Below the pieces are notes generated by a model. That model worked only from the letters and a program-made list of their open reading frames with translations. It ran no database searches and was not told the origin of the DNA. From NCBI GenBank assembly GCA_045130875.1, contig JBGUQI010000018.1, positions 7,508 to 71,507 of the forward strand: a stretch of 64,000 bases of DNA, in the 5' to 3' direction. The position numbers were made by a program, and so were the translations under genes. Source of the stretch: Bacilli bacterium. Its GTDB lineage: Bacteria; Bacillota_I; Bacilli_A; RFN20; CAG-826. Below, piece after piece: positions 9,430-17,961 of this stretch; within the stretch, counting starts at the first letter, position 1, and every line of letters starts with the position of its first letter.

Positions 9430-9990
9430 AAAAAAAGGCATTGTCGGTCTTCACCATACAACACTTACTCTAATCTGTTATTCATACACGCACAATCTAG
9501 GCTGAGTAATAGGGAGCGACCCTAATACTTCTAGAGGGGGTATTTCTACCGAACTACGGGAGGAATCGATATCCTCCAACTTTCAGAGAGCTTCAGCAAG
9601 AAAAGATCCATTACGTAAGCTATTCTTGGCATTCTCCTACTCGCGCCTACCAAAGTGGTTATAGGTGATTACTCACCATCAAGCCAGACACTTCTTTTGA
9701 GACCGTAGATAGTAGTTTCTCACGCTACTATCTTAACGGGGGATACATTGCTGCAGAGCCTCTTATCGTGCCCTCTCGGGTAGCTATTTACATCGAAGAG
9801 CGTATTGCGCCACCAACCAAAGCGATCCATTACAACCGGGTACCATTTAGGTCTCGTCTATAGTGCAGTATCCCACACTATATTCTCTTTTGGCTGGGCC
9901 CCAGCCACTGTGCAACAATGACTTCACTGGGTTCCAATGCACATATACTATAACCTCCTGTCAATAGGAGTGGTGAGGACAAGAAATGTC
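9430..9990 (-). ncRNA. large (~560 nt) structured non-coding RNA candidate; ROOL/GOLLD-size class or novel. The 5' end is uncertain
   Basis: No ORF of 60 aa or more in any frame, and G+C-richer than the flanks. There are at least 7 perfect local hairpins. Two loops are GNRA tetraloops only when read on the minus strand. A hairpin plus U7 tract lies at the minus-strand 3' end (9430-9463). Confidence 0.55.
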
Positions 9991-10020
9991 CGATTAAAAA
10001 AAGTTTTGTAAAATATGAAG

Positions 10021-10035
10021 TTGTAAAAAATACAA
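10021..10035. promoter_or_regulatory. palindromic operator candidate TTGTA-N5-TACAA upstream of the XRE gene
   Basis: TTGTAAAAAATACAA is a perfect 5-nt inverted repeat with a 5-nt A spacer. A related half-site TTGTAAAAT lies at 10006-10014, and a near-identical copy lies at 10436-10449. Confidence 0.3.
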
Positions 10036-10055
10036 ACTAAATGTATTGTTATGTT

Positions 10056-10343
10056 ATGAACTTAGGTGAAAGATTTAAAAAGTATCGCAAGAAAGCTGGA
10101 TTGACTCAAAAGGAAGCCGCTCAAGTAATTGGTATTAATAGCTATCAATTAGGTAATTATGAGACCAATAGAAGCGAACCGAGTATCACAATCTTAAAAA
10201 AGATGAGCAATGTTTATGGTGTATCTATAGACACTTTAGTGGGAAACAACACATTACCAGAAGAAATCGTTGACATTAAAGAAAAAGATAATTTGGAACA
10301 AATTATTAAAGAGTTTGTCCAATATTGTGAAGGCAAAAAATAA
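10056..10343 (+). CDS. XRE-family helix-turn-helix regulator
   Basis: MNLGERFKKYRKKAGLTQKEAAQVIGINSYQLGNYETNRSEPS is a canonical HTH_XRE sequence. The track starts 5 codons earlier, at 10041. Confidence 0.8.
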   Translation: MNLGERFKKYRKKAGLTQKEAAQVIGINSYQLGNYETNRSEPSITILKKMSNVYGVSIDTLVGNNTLPEEIVDIKEKDNLEQIIKEFVQYCEGKK

Positions 10344-10372
10344 AGCCATTATTATATCAAAATATTAAAATT

Positions 10373-10398
10373 GATTTATCGTAGATAAATCTTTTTTA
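10373..10398 (+). terminator. rho-independent terminator after the XRE gene
   Basis: GATTTATC-GTA-GATAAATC is a perfect 8-bp stem followed by TTTTTT. Confidence 0.65.
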
Positions 10399-10435
10399 TT
10401 TATATATCATCTTAACAAATAAAAAATACAAACAA

Positions 10436-10449
10436 TGTAAAAAATACAA
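10436..10449. promoter_or_regulatory. second copy of the TGTA-N5-TACA operator-like palindrome, upstream of the small hydrophobic ORF
   Basis: TGTAAAAAATACAA. An additional AAAAAATACAA lies at 10421-10431. Confidence 0.3.
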
Positions 10450-10556
10450 TTAATTTGTTTTATTTTTGTGTTTTTTATGTAAGAATATTAATGCCGTTAA
10501 CGCGGTGGGATGCGTCTCTCTTATCCTCTTTGCACTCGTAAGGAGGTAATAAGGAA

Positions 10557-10622
10557 ATGCACTTAATAAAAAAGACGATTATCCTCATCATAATCGTCGT
10601 GCTACTACTGGTGTTGGTTTAA
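10557..10622 (+). CDS. 21-aa hydrophobic peptide, type I toxin-like
   Basis: AAGGAGG RBS, then ATG at 10557. The peptide is MHLIKKTIILIIIVVLLLVLV. The ORF is enclosed by a 12-bp long-range complementarity (10509-10520 with 10640-10651). An upstream CCTCTT could occlude the SD. Confidence 0.45.
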   Translation: MHLIKKTIILIIIVVLLLVLV

Positions 10623-10743
10623 TTAGCAATGCCCGTAGTGAGAGACGTATCTCCTAATTAAAATATATATTAACTACGTAATTTTTACAAACAGAAAATA
10701 ATATTTTAGATACATATTTAGTCATATTTTATTCATACAATCG

Positions 10744-11646
10744 ATGTTTTTTGCTAAATTAATATCATTGATGAAAAATAAACTTGTCGGATTATTAATT
10801 TTATTATTCGTTTATTTGTTCGCTGTAACGATAGGAGTATTTTCCTATATTGGTTTTAATTACCTTGGTCTCAATGATTATTTGGCGGTTTTAATCGCTG
10901 ATGTTTTAGCGACGGTATTCGTCTGGCTAATGGGTGTGATATTTAAGACTGCCTCGATGTATGATCCATATTGGTCAGTTCAAACATTAGTAATATATCT
11001 AGCTCTGTTAATTAAATATAATAACTGGAATCTAGGCACCATCCTCTTGTTAGTGGCCATTTCCTTATATTCTATAAGGTTGACTACAAATTTCATTATT
11101 GGCTTTGATTCCTTATCTTATGTCGATTGGCGATATAGAATGCTTAAAGAGAAAAGTGGAAAGCTTTACCAATTAGTAAATCTAATGGGTATCTGTATGT
11201 TTCCCACTTTAGTGGTCTATTCCTGTTCATTACCCGTGATTGTGTATGCACGTATAGGTGCATTCACATATTGGGACATCATTGGATTATCCATAATAGT
11301 GTTAGGAATCTTATTAGAATTAATATCCGATATACAGATGAAGAAATTCATTAAGATTAGAACCAGTAGAAGTGAAGTGATTAATATCGGCTTATGGAAA
11401 TATTCCAGACATCCTAATTATCTAGGTGAAATATTAATCTGGTTTGGCGTTGCCTTGGTGTTAATCATCGCTAATTACACATACTGGCATTTCATCTTTG
11501 GAGCGGTAATCAACCTCATTATGTTCCTAGTTATTTCTATTCCTATGGAAGAAAATCACTTCAAGGAATACAAAGAAAATTACGATGTATACTTGAAAAC
11601 TACTTCTCCATTATTAATTCTTCCAAGGAGAAAATTAAAAGAATAA
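10744..11646 (+). CDS. DUF1295 / steroid 5-alpha-reductase-like polytopic membrane protein
   Basis: 300 aa, multi-TM, with the family motif WKYSRHPNYLGEILIWFG. Confidence 0.8.
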   Translation: MFFAKLISLMKNKLVGLLILLFVYLFAVTIGVFSYIGFNYLGLNDYLAVLIADVLATVFVWLMGVIFKTASMYDPYWSVQTLVIYLALLIKYNNWNLGTILLLVAISLYSIRLTTNFIIGFDSLSYVDWRYRMLKEKSGKLYQLVNLMGICMFPTLVVYSCSLPVIVYARIGAFTYWDIIGLSIIVLGILLELISDIQMKKFIKIRTSRSEVINIGLWKYSRHPNYLGEILIWFGVALVLIIANYTYWHFIFGAVINLIMFLVISIPMEENHFKEYKENYDVYLKTTSPLLILPRRKLKE

Positions 11647-11667
11647 GACCATATAATGGTCTTTTTA
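11646..11667 (+). terminator. rho-independent terminator
   Basis: AGACCAT-ATA-ATGGTCT stem followed by TTTTT. Confidence 0.65.
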
Positions 11668-11698
11668 TTATAATTATGATAAAATTCGTAAATAGGTG

Positions 11699-11727
11699 TT
11701 GACTTATATTTATTAATGAATAATAAT
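11699..11727 (+). promoter_or_regulatory. sigma-70-type promoter candidate for the lipoprotein operon
   Basis: TTGACT (11699-11704), then a 16-17 nt spacer, then TAATAA/AATAAT (11721-11727). Confidence 0.4.
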
Positions 11728-11735
11728 AAAGGTGC

Positions 11736-11759
11736 TTAGTTAATTAGTTAAATAGTTAA
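11736..11759. repeat. three tandem 8-mers TTAGTTAA TTAGTTAA ATAGTTAA in the 5' leader of the lipoprotein operon
   Basis: Read directly from the sequence. They lie between the promoter candidate and the RBS of the 11810 gene. Confidence 0.6.
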
Positions 11760-11809
11760 CCAGCAAAGAAATACAAACAAAAACAGATTAGAAGAAAGGG
11801 AAGAAAAAT

Positions 11810-14455
11810 ATGAAAAAATGTTTATCCAAAGCATGTTTAATCTTCTTACCGCTTATGATGGTTATCTCTTCCTGTAGTGGAGCCCATAAGACAGATAAGC
11901 AAAAGATGAATCAAAATGATCTTCCAGATATCTCCATCAAAGAAGAAAACTTCGATGATCTCGACTTCGGTGATGAACCAGTTGAACAATTGAAGTTAGA
12001 TAATCCTGATGCCTATAGAAGTACATATAAAGATGTCTCTCCAAACTTCAAATTCTACTTAAAGTGCAATGGTATTAGACTTCATTCAACATTCTCTGAT
12101 GATCGTTCGATATTAAATATTGAAGATTTGAGTGATAAACCAATAAGTTATACCGCGACATTAGATAATGGTACAAACTTATTCACTGTTGAACCTAGCA
12201 CTCCATATATTGAAGGTCACTGTTATAAAGTTTCATTGTATGAAACATGTTATAGCTTCAAAGTGGAAAAGACATTAGATGCTAGCGTGCGCACTCTCTA
12301 CTTCAATGTTAAAGAAGAAAATAAGAGCGTGATGGAACTAGTGGAAGGCATTCAAAGCTATCCATTAGAAAATGTTATCCAAAATACTGATCCATTAGAA
12401 CCCCATCCTTATCTTATTTATAAAGGTGATCTCGCCGTCAGTGAAAATGACATCGTGAAGTTCGAAAGTTCTGATGAAAGCAAGAAGAATGACACTGTCT
12501 TCGTGAAAGTGGTGTCCACGAGAAAAGATAATAATAACACCAGAGTTAATTATGTTTCTCCAGAAGCGAAAGATATCTTCAAAGACTTAGATCTCCACGT
12601 TGATGATGAGAAGATTCCATTAAATAACTTCCACATCAATAGTAAAGATGAAATCTATGAACAACTATTAAATAGTGAACTAGTGAAAGATTATATCGCC
12701 TATACCGCTTATGAATATAACTTCGGTGATAATAACTCAGCGGTTTGGGACTTCATCAAATCATGTGTGATATCTGTTTCCTTCAAATTCATCGATGTCG
12801 GCATCTCCTTACAGTTCAACTTATTATTTACACATAAGTTCGAATCTGGTTGGGTGTTAAGCCTTAACATCACCGTCCAATGGGAAGAAACATATACCGT
12901 TTCCGCGGATGCCTCAGTGAGAAAGTTCTTAGGAGTTCCATATTGGGTGGATATGTCAATCGCTGCGGATAAGACTGATAAAGTCAGTGTCAAAGCTGCG
13001 ATTGCGATGACTCATTCCACATTCAATCCTGGACCAGAACTTGAAGATCCGAAGAATGTTGATATTAAGAACGCGAAAGAAAACGTCGCTAACTTAAAGG
13101 ATAAATGGATGGAATCCGGAATGTTTGATTCTTATCACGATAAGACCGAATCAGGATTAACATTATTCAATATTGGTTATGTTGATTTCTATCTCGGATA
13201 TGTCACATTCTCCATCGAATTATATGTCACATTAGCTTCCGCGATATCCATTACCGCAGGCGCTGGATGGACATATGAATCCACAACCACGATCATTAGT
13301 TATTCCACAAATGATGGTAACAAGACTGATGGTGGAGCATCCCCACATGGTGTGACATCACATGTCATCAGTGGTGAGTTCATTGGTAAATATAACATTG
13401 AGATGGGTATTAAAGTCCGTTTCGGATTCAGTATTACCGGTCTTAAATGGTTAGCCCAATTAACATTAGATTTAGATGGTAGATTCTATCTAACCATCAC
13501 CGGATTTGGTTCCTTAACCTGGGACCTTGTCACTAAAGACCTAGTTATCGATGTGGGATTCCAGATCGAAATAGGCTTCAAAATTGAAATTACTCTTGCG
13601 GTTGTGATATTAGGACACGGATATGGTAACTGGTCCATCTTCTCCAAGAAGTTCCCGTTTATCATCTTCGGTAATCCTAATAGAGTGCAAGAACATGTCG
13701 TCGATGAAGTGGTCAATTTAAGAAAGATGAACACTAAGATCGATGACACAAATACTATGTGGTTCAATGTCTTAGACGGACTAAGCATGAGTACCGCTCC
13801 TAAGAGATTCAAATATAACGAGAAATTAACCGTGTTAGATTCTTGTTTCATCTCTGAACCAGTAGGTATTAAATTAGTGGATTCCTTCGTTTCCAATAAT
13901 CCAAGTCTCATCGCTATTGAAGGTGACGAATATGTCGTTAAGACTAATCAAAATATGTTTGATGCGACAGCGACATTAACCGTCTCTGATATCTTCGGTA
14001 GTAGAGAACATAGCTACACAATTAACATCCATTATCAGAAAGAAAACACCAAAATAGTGGACTTTGACGGCAAAGACGCTGCTGCTTATGAAAAAGGTGA
14101 TGTCGTTGATATGCCAATGGGTGAAGAGAGAGAAGGCTATATCTTCAAGGGTTGGAAACTTAACGGAAAACGTGTCGATTTATCAAAACCATATCTCATG
14201 GGTGAAGAAGATTTACACTTTGAATCTGACTATATCTCCTATGTCCATTACTTAGTGGAATTCTACGATGGTTATAACAATCTCGTGCAATCCAGCTGGG
14301 TACTCAATGAGGATAGAGCGGTCGCTCCAAGCGCGGATATACGTGATCAAAATATGAATGGATATCGCTTTGTGAGCTGGGATGTCGACTTCAGTTGTGT
14401 AAAAAACAACATGAAGATCTATGGTATCTATACAAGAATAACGGAGGTTGATTAA
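11810..14455 (+). CDS. large surface lipoprotein (881 aa) with C-terminal Listeria-Bacteroides-type repeats
   Basis: Signal peptide with lipobox (LMMVISSC). C-terminal GYIFKGWKLNG and GYRFVSWDVDF motifs match the Flg_new/InlB-B-like repeat. Confidence 0.75.
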   Translation: MKKCLSKACLIFLPLMMVISSCSGAHKTDKQKMNQNDLPDISIKEENFDDLDFGDEPVEQLKLDNPDAYRSTYKDVSPNFKFYLKCNGIRLHSTFSDDRSILNIEDLSDKPISYTATLDNGTNLFTVEPSTPYIEGHCYKVSLYETCYSFKVEKTLDASVRTLYFNVKEENKSVMELVEGIQSYPLENVIQNTDPLEPHPYLIYKGDLAVSENDIVKFESSDESKKNDTVFVKVVSTRKDNNNTRVNYVSPEAKDIFKDLDLHVDDEKIPLNNFHINSKDEIYEQLLNSELVKDYIAYTAYEYNFGDNNSAVWDFIKSCVISVSFKFIDVGISLQFNLLFTHKFESGWVLSLNITVQWEETYTVSADASVRKFLGVPYWVDMSIAADKTDKVSVKAAIAMTHSTFNPGPELEDPKNVDIKNAKENVANLKDKWMESGMFDSYHDKTESGLTLFNIGYVDFYLGYVTFSIELYVTLASAISITAGAGWTYESTTTIISYSTNDGNKTDGGASPHGVTSHVISGEFIGKYNIEMGIKVRFGFSITGLKWLAQLTLDLDGRFYLTITGFGSLTWDLVTKDLVIDVGFQIEIGFKIEITLAVVILGHGYGNWSIFSKKFPFIIFGNPNRVQEHVVDEVVNLRKMNTKIDDTNTMWFNVLDGLSMSTAPKRFKYNEKLTVLDSCFISEPVGIKLVDSFVSNNPSLIAIEGDEYVVKTNQNMFDATATLTVSDIFGSREHSYTINIHYQKENTKIVDFDGKDAAAYEKGDVVDMPMGEEREGYIFKGWKLNGKRVDLSKPYLMGEEDLHFESDYISYVHYLVEFYDGYNNLVQSSWVLNEDRAVAPSADIRDQNMNGYRFVSWDVDFSCVKNNMKIYGIYTRITEVD

Positions 14456-14459
14456 TATT

Positions 14460-15842
14460 ATGAAACGCCTAAGTACATTATTCTTATCATTATTAGCCTT
14501 AACCGCCTTATCTGGTTGTAACCAGAATAAAGGTGATAAATATGTGAGACCAATTATCAATAACGGGGTCTATGATGTAGAAATTCCTACGATTGATTCT
14601 CCAGTTGTTGATATTAAGATCTTAAACATTCCTACAACAGCGATTGAAGTGGGATATATGTCCTATATGGGTATTGAAGTAGAGATTCATTACGCAAGTG
14701 GTGAAGTAGTTACTATCCCATTTACTGAAAGATTATTCCCAATTGATCAATTAGAGATGTTAAAGACTCCTGGTCAAAAGACTATCGACTTCTTATTTAA
14801 GGGCAATCATATCTACTTTGATTTAACTCTTATGGAAGCTAAAGTCCCTGTGTATCACAAAGTGATATTCCAGGATCACAACAATACTACTTTAAAAGAA
14901 AAAGTGTTTGGTTACCTTGAACCTGCAATCTATGATGGCAGAGATATCGAAAGCTATTGGGAAGGTGATTACTATTATTACTTCAATAATAAATGGGATC
15001 ACAATACCGACTATGTCTACTGTGACTTCATCACCCATGCGGAATATGACACATTAGATATTCGTAATAAAGCCTCTAAATATGTTGTGGGCACAAATAT
15101 CAAACACGCTGATGGTCAAACCTATAGACATACCACATTAGCCACAATCAAGAATATTCAAGATAGCAGTGGTGATAGCAAAGTCCTATATTACTTAGGT
15201 GAAGTTAACAACGTGGAAATCGCTCATTCTGAAACCATCTACCATGAAGCCAGTGGTTATAGCCGTATCGAAGGTAACTTCGAGAACGTTACCAATAACG
15301 AAATCATTAAGAATATATTAGATATGTCTAAAGAAGTCTATCACGTGAATAACACTTCTGATACTGCGAAATATCCATTTGATTTCATCACTAATGGTTC
15401 AAGGTTAAACTTAGACTTCTCTGCGGATGAAAGCGGTAAACCTAAAGATTTAGGTAATAGATTAGATGAAGCCTATGGCAAACCAAATTATCCTCGTACT
15501 GACGGAAGAGCGGTATCTCATGATCCAGTCTTATATGGCGACATTATTGATGATATTAAACAATCTATGGTAAATACCTCATTACCACTTTATGAAGGTA
15601 CTAGAACTGGTTATTACAGAATTAGTTATGTAGCTAAAATAGACTTATTATTAGACACCTACTATATGTTTGGTCCAATGTCCTCATCCAACTATATGTC
15701 TAGAGCGACATTAATCCCCTGTTACTACTATGGTTCATTAAAACCAATACTAAGTTATAGTGAAGATGGTAGCTTCACAGATCACTATTCCACAAAAATA
15801 GAATTCGGAACCGAAGACTTAATCGCTATGTTCGTGGACTAA
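14460..15842 (+). CDS. lipoprotein of unknown function (461 aa)
   Basis: GGAGG at 14443-14447, ATG at 14460. MKRLSTLFLSLLALTALSGC contains a lipobox. The gene starts 5 nt after the upstream stop. Confidence 0.75.
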   Translation: MKRLSTLFLSLLALTALSGCNQNKGDKYVRPIINNGVYDVEIPTIDSPVVDIKILNIPTTAIEVGYMSYMGIEVEIHYASGEVVTIPFTERLFPIDQLEMLKTPGQKTIDFLFKGNHIYFDLTLMEAKVPVYHKVIFQDHNNTTLKEKVFGYLEPAIYDGRDIESYWEGDYYYYFNNKWDHNTDYVYCDFITHAEYDTLDIRNKASKYVVGTNIKHADGQTYRHTTLATIKNIQDSSGDSKVLYYLGEVNNVEIAHSETIYHEASGYSRIEGNFENVTNNEIIKNILDMSKEVYHVNNTSDTAKYPFDFITNGSRLNLDFSADESGKPKDLGNRLDEAYGKPNYPRTDGRAVSHDPVLYGDIIDDIKQSMVNTSLPLYEGTRTGYYRISYVAKIDLLLDTYYMFGPMSSSNYMSRATLIPCYYYGSLKPILSYSEDGSFTDHYSTKIEFGTEDLIAMFVD

Positions 15843-15861
15843 AACAATAATCTATAACTAA

Positions 15862-15886
15862 GGCCGGTAGAAATACCGGCTTTTTC
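15862..15886 (+). terminator. rho-independent terminator
   Basis: GCCGGTA-GAAA-TACCGGC stem followed by TTTTT. Confidence 0.7.
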
Positions 15887-15964
15887 TATAAAAACATTGT
15901 TAAAAATAGTATTATTTAAAAAGAAACTAAGCTCTTGAATTAAAAAAAGAGATTAAATTAATAA

Positions 15965-16390
15965 ATGAAAAGTAAGAAGTTTCTTATACCCGCATTAATA
16001 TTATTAGTGGTCTCCTTTTTATCATTCTTTTCTGGTTTTGTGATGATATATCTATGTAGAGATCAGATATTTGGTATTATCTCTATGTTTACCACAGGAG
16101 TGGTGTGCTTAATTCTATGTATTATCTTCTTTGAGAAGTATCGTAAGGAAGAGAAGTTAGAACCTCTTCCTCACAAAGAAGAAAAACCAATAATAACTAA
16201 AAAGAAATCTTCTTCTTATAGAAATGAATATTCTCATATCGAAGAACAAGATGATGAAGATGATCTAGATGAAGAAGAATGGCTAGATTCTTTAGAAGAG
16301 GACGAACTATGTCCTAACGATGATGATGAGGAAGATGAAATAATGGAAGACGAAGGAGATGATTTTGATGAACTCAACGTACTTAAATAA
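15965..16390 (+). CDS. two-TM membrane protein with a poly-acidic C-terminal tail
   Basis: 141 aa. The N-terminal hydrophobic helices are followed by an EEQDDEDDLDEEEW...DDDEEDEIMEDEGDDFDE tail. Confidence 0.6.
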   Translation: MKSKKFLIPALILLVVSFLSFFSGFVMIYLCRDQIFGIISMFTTGVVCLILCIIFFEKYRKEEKLEPLPHKEEKPIITKKKSSSYRNEYSHIEEQDDEDDLDEEEWLDSLEEDELCPNDDDEEDEIMEDEGDDFDELNVLK

Positions 16391-17075
16391 ATACCTACAA
16401 CAAATAAAAGAAAATCCCCATGTCTTACCAGAGGGATTACCCATAGAATTATTAGATGATAAACAATTCGTCTTAGAGATGGTGGCTATGAATGGCTTTG
16501 CTATCGAACATGCCTCTAATAGATTAAAGAATGATAAAGATGTTATTATCGCTTCTTTATTAGCCCCATTTGATGATTTTGATTATCTCGATGAATTAAA
16601 TAATTATCATTGGCCATTAGATTATGTCCCATCTAAATATCTTAATGATAGAGATGTAGTAGTGGCCTCCACAAAACAATATGGCGCCCAACTACTATAT
16701 AGATGTGAACAATATCGTGATGATAGAGATATCGTCTTATTATGTGTAGCTAATGATGGCTTTGCCTTTAGATATATCTCTAAGAGATTACAAGATGATA
16801 GAGAGATAGTCTTATCATCTATTAAAACCTATAGCGATATCCTTAGAGATTTAGATATTAAGTATTTAGATGATAAAGAAATAGTGCTAACCGCGGTATC
16901 CCGTGATGGAGCGTTACTCCGTTATGCTTCTAATAGATTAAAAGGCGATAGGGAAGTCGTTATCGCTGCGGTCAGACATTATGGTGAGGCGATTTCTTTC
17001 GCCTCTCTAGAGCTCCAAAATGATGAAGAGATTATTAATATCTCTAAAGAGAATCTCACAGGGATAGAATATTAG
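16368..17075 (+). CDS. DUF4116 repeat protein
   Basis: Repeated A-S-x-R-L-x-x-D-x-E/D-V/I-V motifs (HASNRLKNDKDVIIASL, YISKRLQDDREIVLSSI, YASNRLKGDREVVIAAV). GGAG lies 9 nt before the ATG at 16368. Confidence 0.7.
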   Translation: MNSTYLNKYLQQIKENPHVLPEGLPIELLDDKQFVLEMVAMNGFAIEHASNRLKNDKDVIIASLLAPFDDFDYLDELNNYHWPLDYVPSKYLNDRDVVVASTKQYGAQLLYRCEQYRDDRDIVLLCVANDGFAFRYISKRLQDDREIVLSSIKTYSDILRDLDIKYLDDKEIVLTAVSRDGALLRYASNRLKGDREVVIAAVRHYGEAISFASLELQNDEEIINISKENLTGIEY

Positions 17076-17079
17076 ATAT

Positions 17080-17901
17080 ATGTATATAGAAGATAGTTTC
17101 AAATATATAACCGATAGGATGATGACTCCTTATACAAAGTTAAATGAGGAGAAAGTCTTTTTATCTCAGTTTAAAAGCGATGAGGATTCTATCCTTGGAG
17201 ATTTTTATTCTGATAAGTCAGAAGTCAAATTGAAGTTTGAATTATTCTCTTGGTTAGCCAACGAGGATTCTATCTTAGATATTAATTATTGCTATGAATT
17301 ATCATCTTTAAATGGTTATGATGATAAACCATTCTATGATGTCTTTATTGAGACTAACGATGATGTTATCTTCCTCGATAGTGTCTACACTCAGAGGTTC
17401 CCCATTAATATCAATAAGTTATCGAAAGCTTATTATGAATATAAAGGTTCTTTATTCCATAAGATAAAAGGAACATTATCCGATAGATATTATGGTCATT
17501 CTGTAGAATCAGAAAAGATTAGAGCCTTTATATTAGATATTAAAGATAGATTATCTCATAGTCATAACCCTGACTCTTGGATGAACTATAGAAGAGCGAT
17601 ATCTAAATTAATAGGGTTATTTCTCTTTCTTATGAAAGAAGAGAATAAAGTATATATAGATAAAAACATTAAGATATATACGATATATTATGACCAAGGT
17701 AATGAAGTTAATGATGATATCAAATACTTCTTTGATAAGGCGAAGACCTTATTAAAAGAACTATTAGGTAAGGATGTTGTTTATACTTATAGGACCACGC
17801 AAGAAGTGGTGGTTTATATCAATGATAAATATCCTAATGTTAGGGGATATGCCTCAAATGAATTAGTGAAGGATATTTTAAGTAGAGATTATAGTTTATA
17901 G
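17080..17901 (+). CDS. hypothetical protein (273 aa)
   Basis: Uninterrupted ORF directly after the DUF4116 gene. No motif recognised. Confidence 0.55.
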   Translation: MYIEDSFKYITDRMMTPYTKLNEEKVFLSQFKSDEDSILGDFYSDKSEVKLKFELFSWLANEDSILDINYCYELSSLNGYDDKPFYDVFIETNDDVIFLDSVYTQRFPININKLSKAYYEYKGSLFHKIKGTLSDRYYGHSVESEKIRAFILDIKDRLSHSHNPDSWMNYRRAISKLIGLFLFLMKEENKVYIDKNIKIYTIYYDQGNEVNDDIKYFFDKAKTLLKELLGKDVVYTYRTTQEVVVYINDKYPNVRGYASNELVKDILSRDYSL

Positions 17902-17961
17902 ATTTTTGTTTGATTTTTAATATATCTAACATAATCTAATAAAGTTATCATTAAGATAATA

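Noticed and set aside
9430-9990. Known RNA classes for the structured region: RNase P RNA, tmRNA, T-box leader, group II intron, rRNA fragment
   Set aside because: There is no GAGGAAAGUCC-type CR-I and no tRNA-like GGGG...CCACCA ends or tag ORF. The only T-box-like string (AAAUGGUACCCGG) is mid-region, not next to the terminator. There is no domain V-like hairpin or intron ORF. I cannot exclude a divergent member without covariance-model searches.
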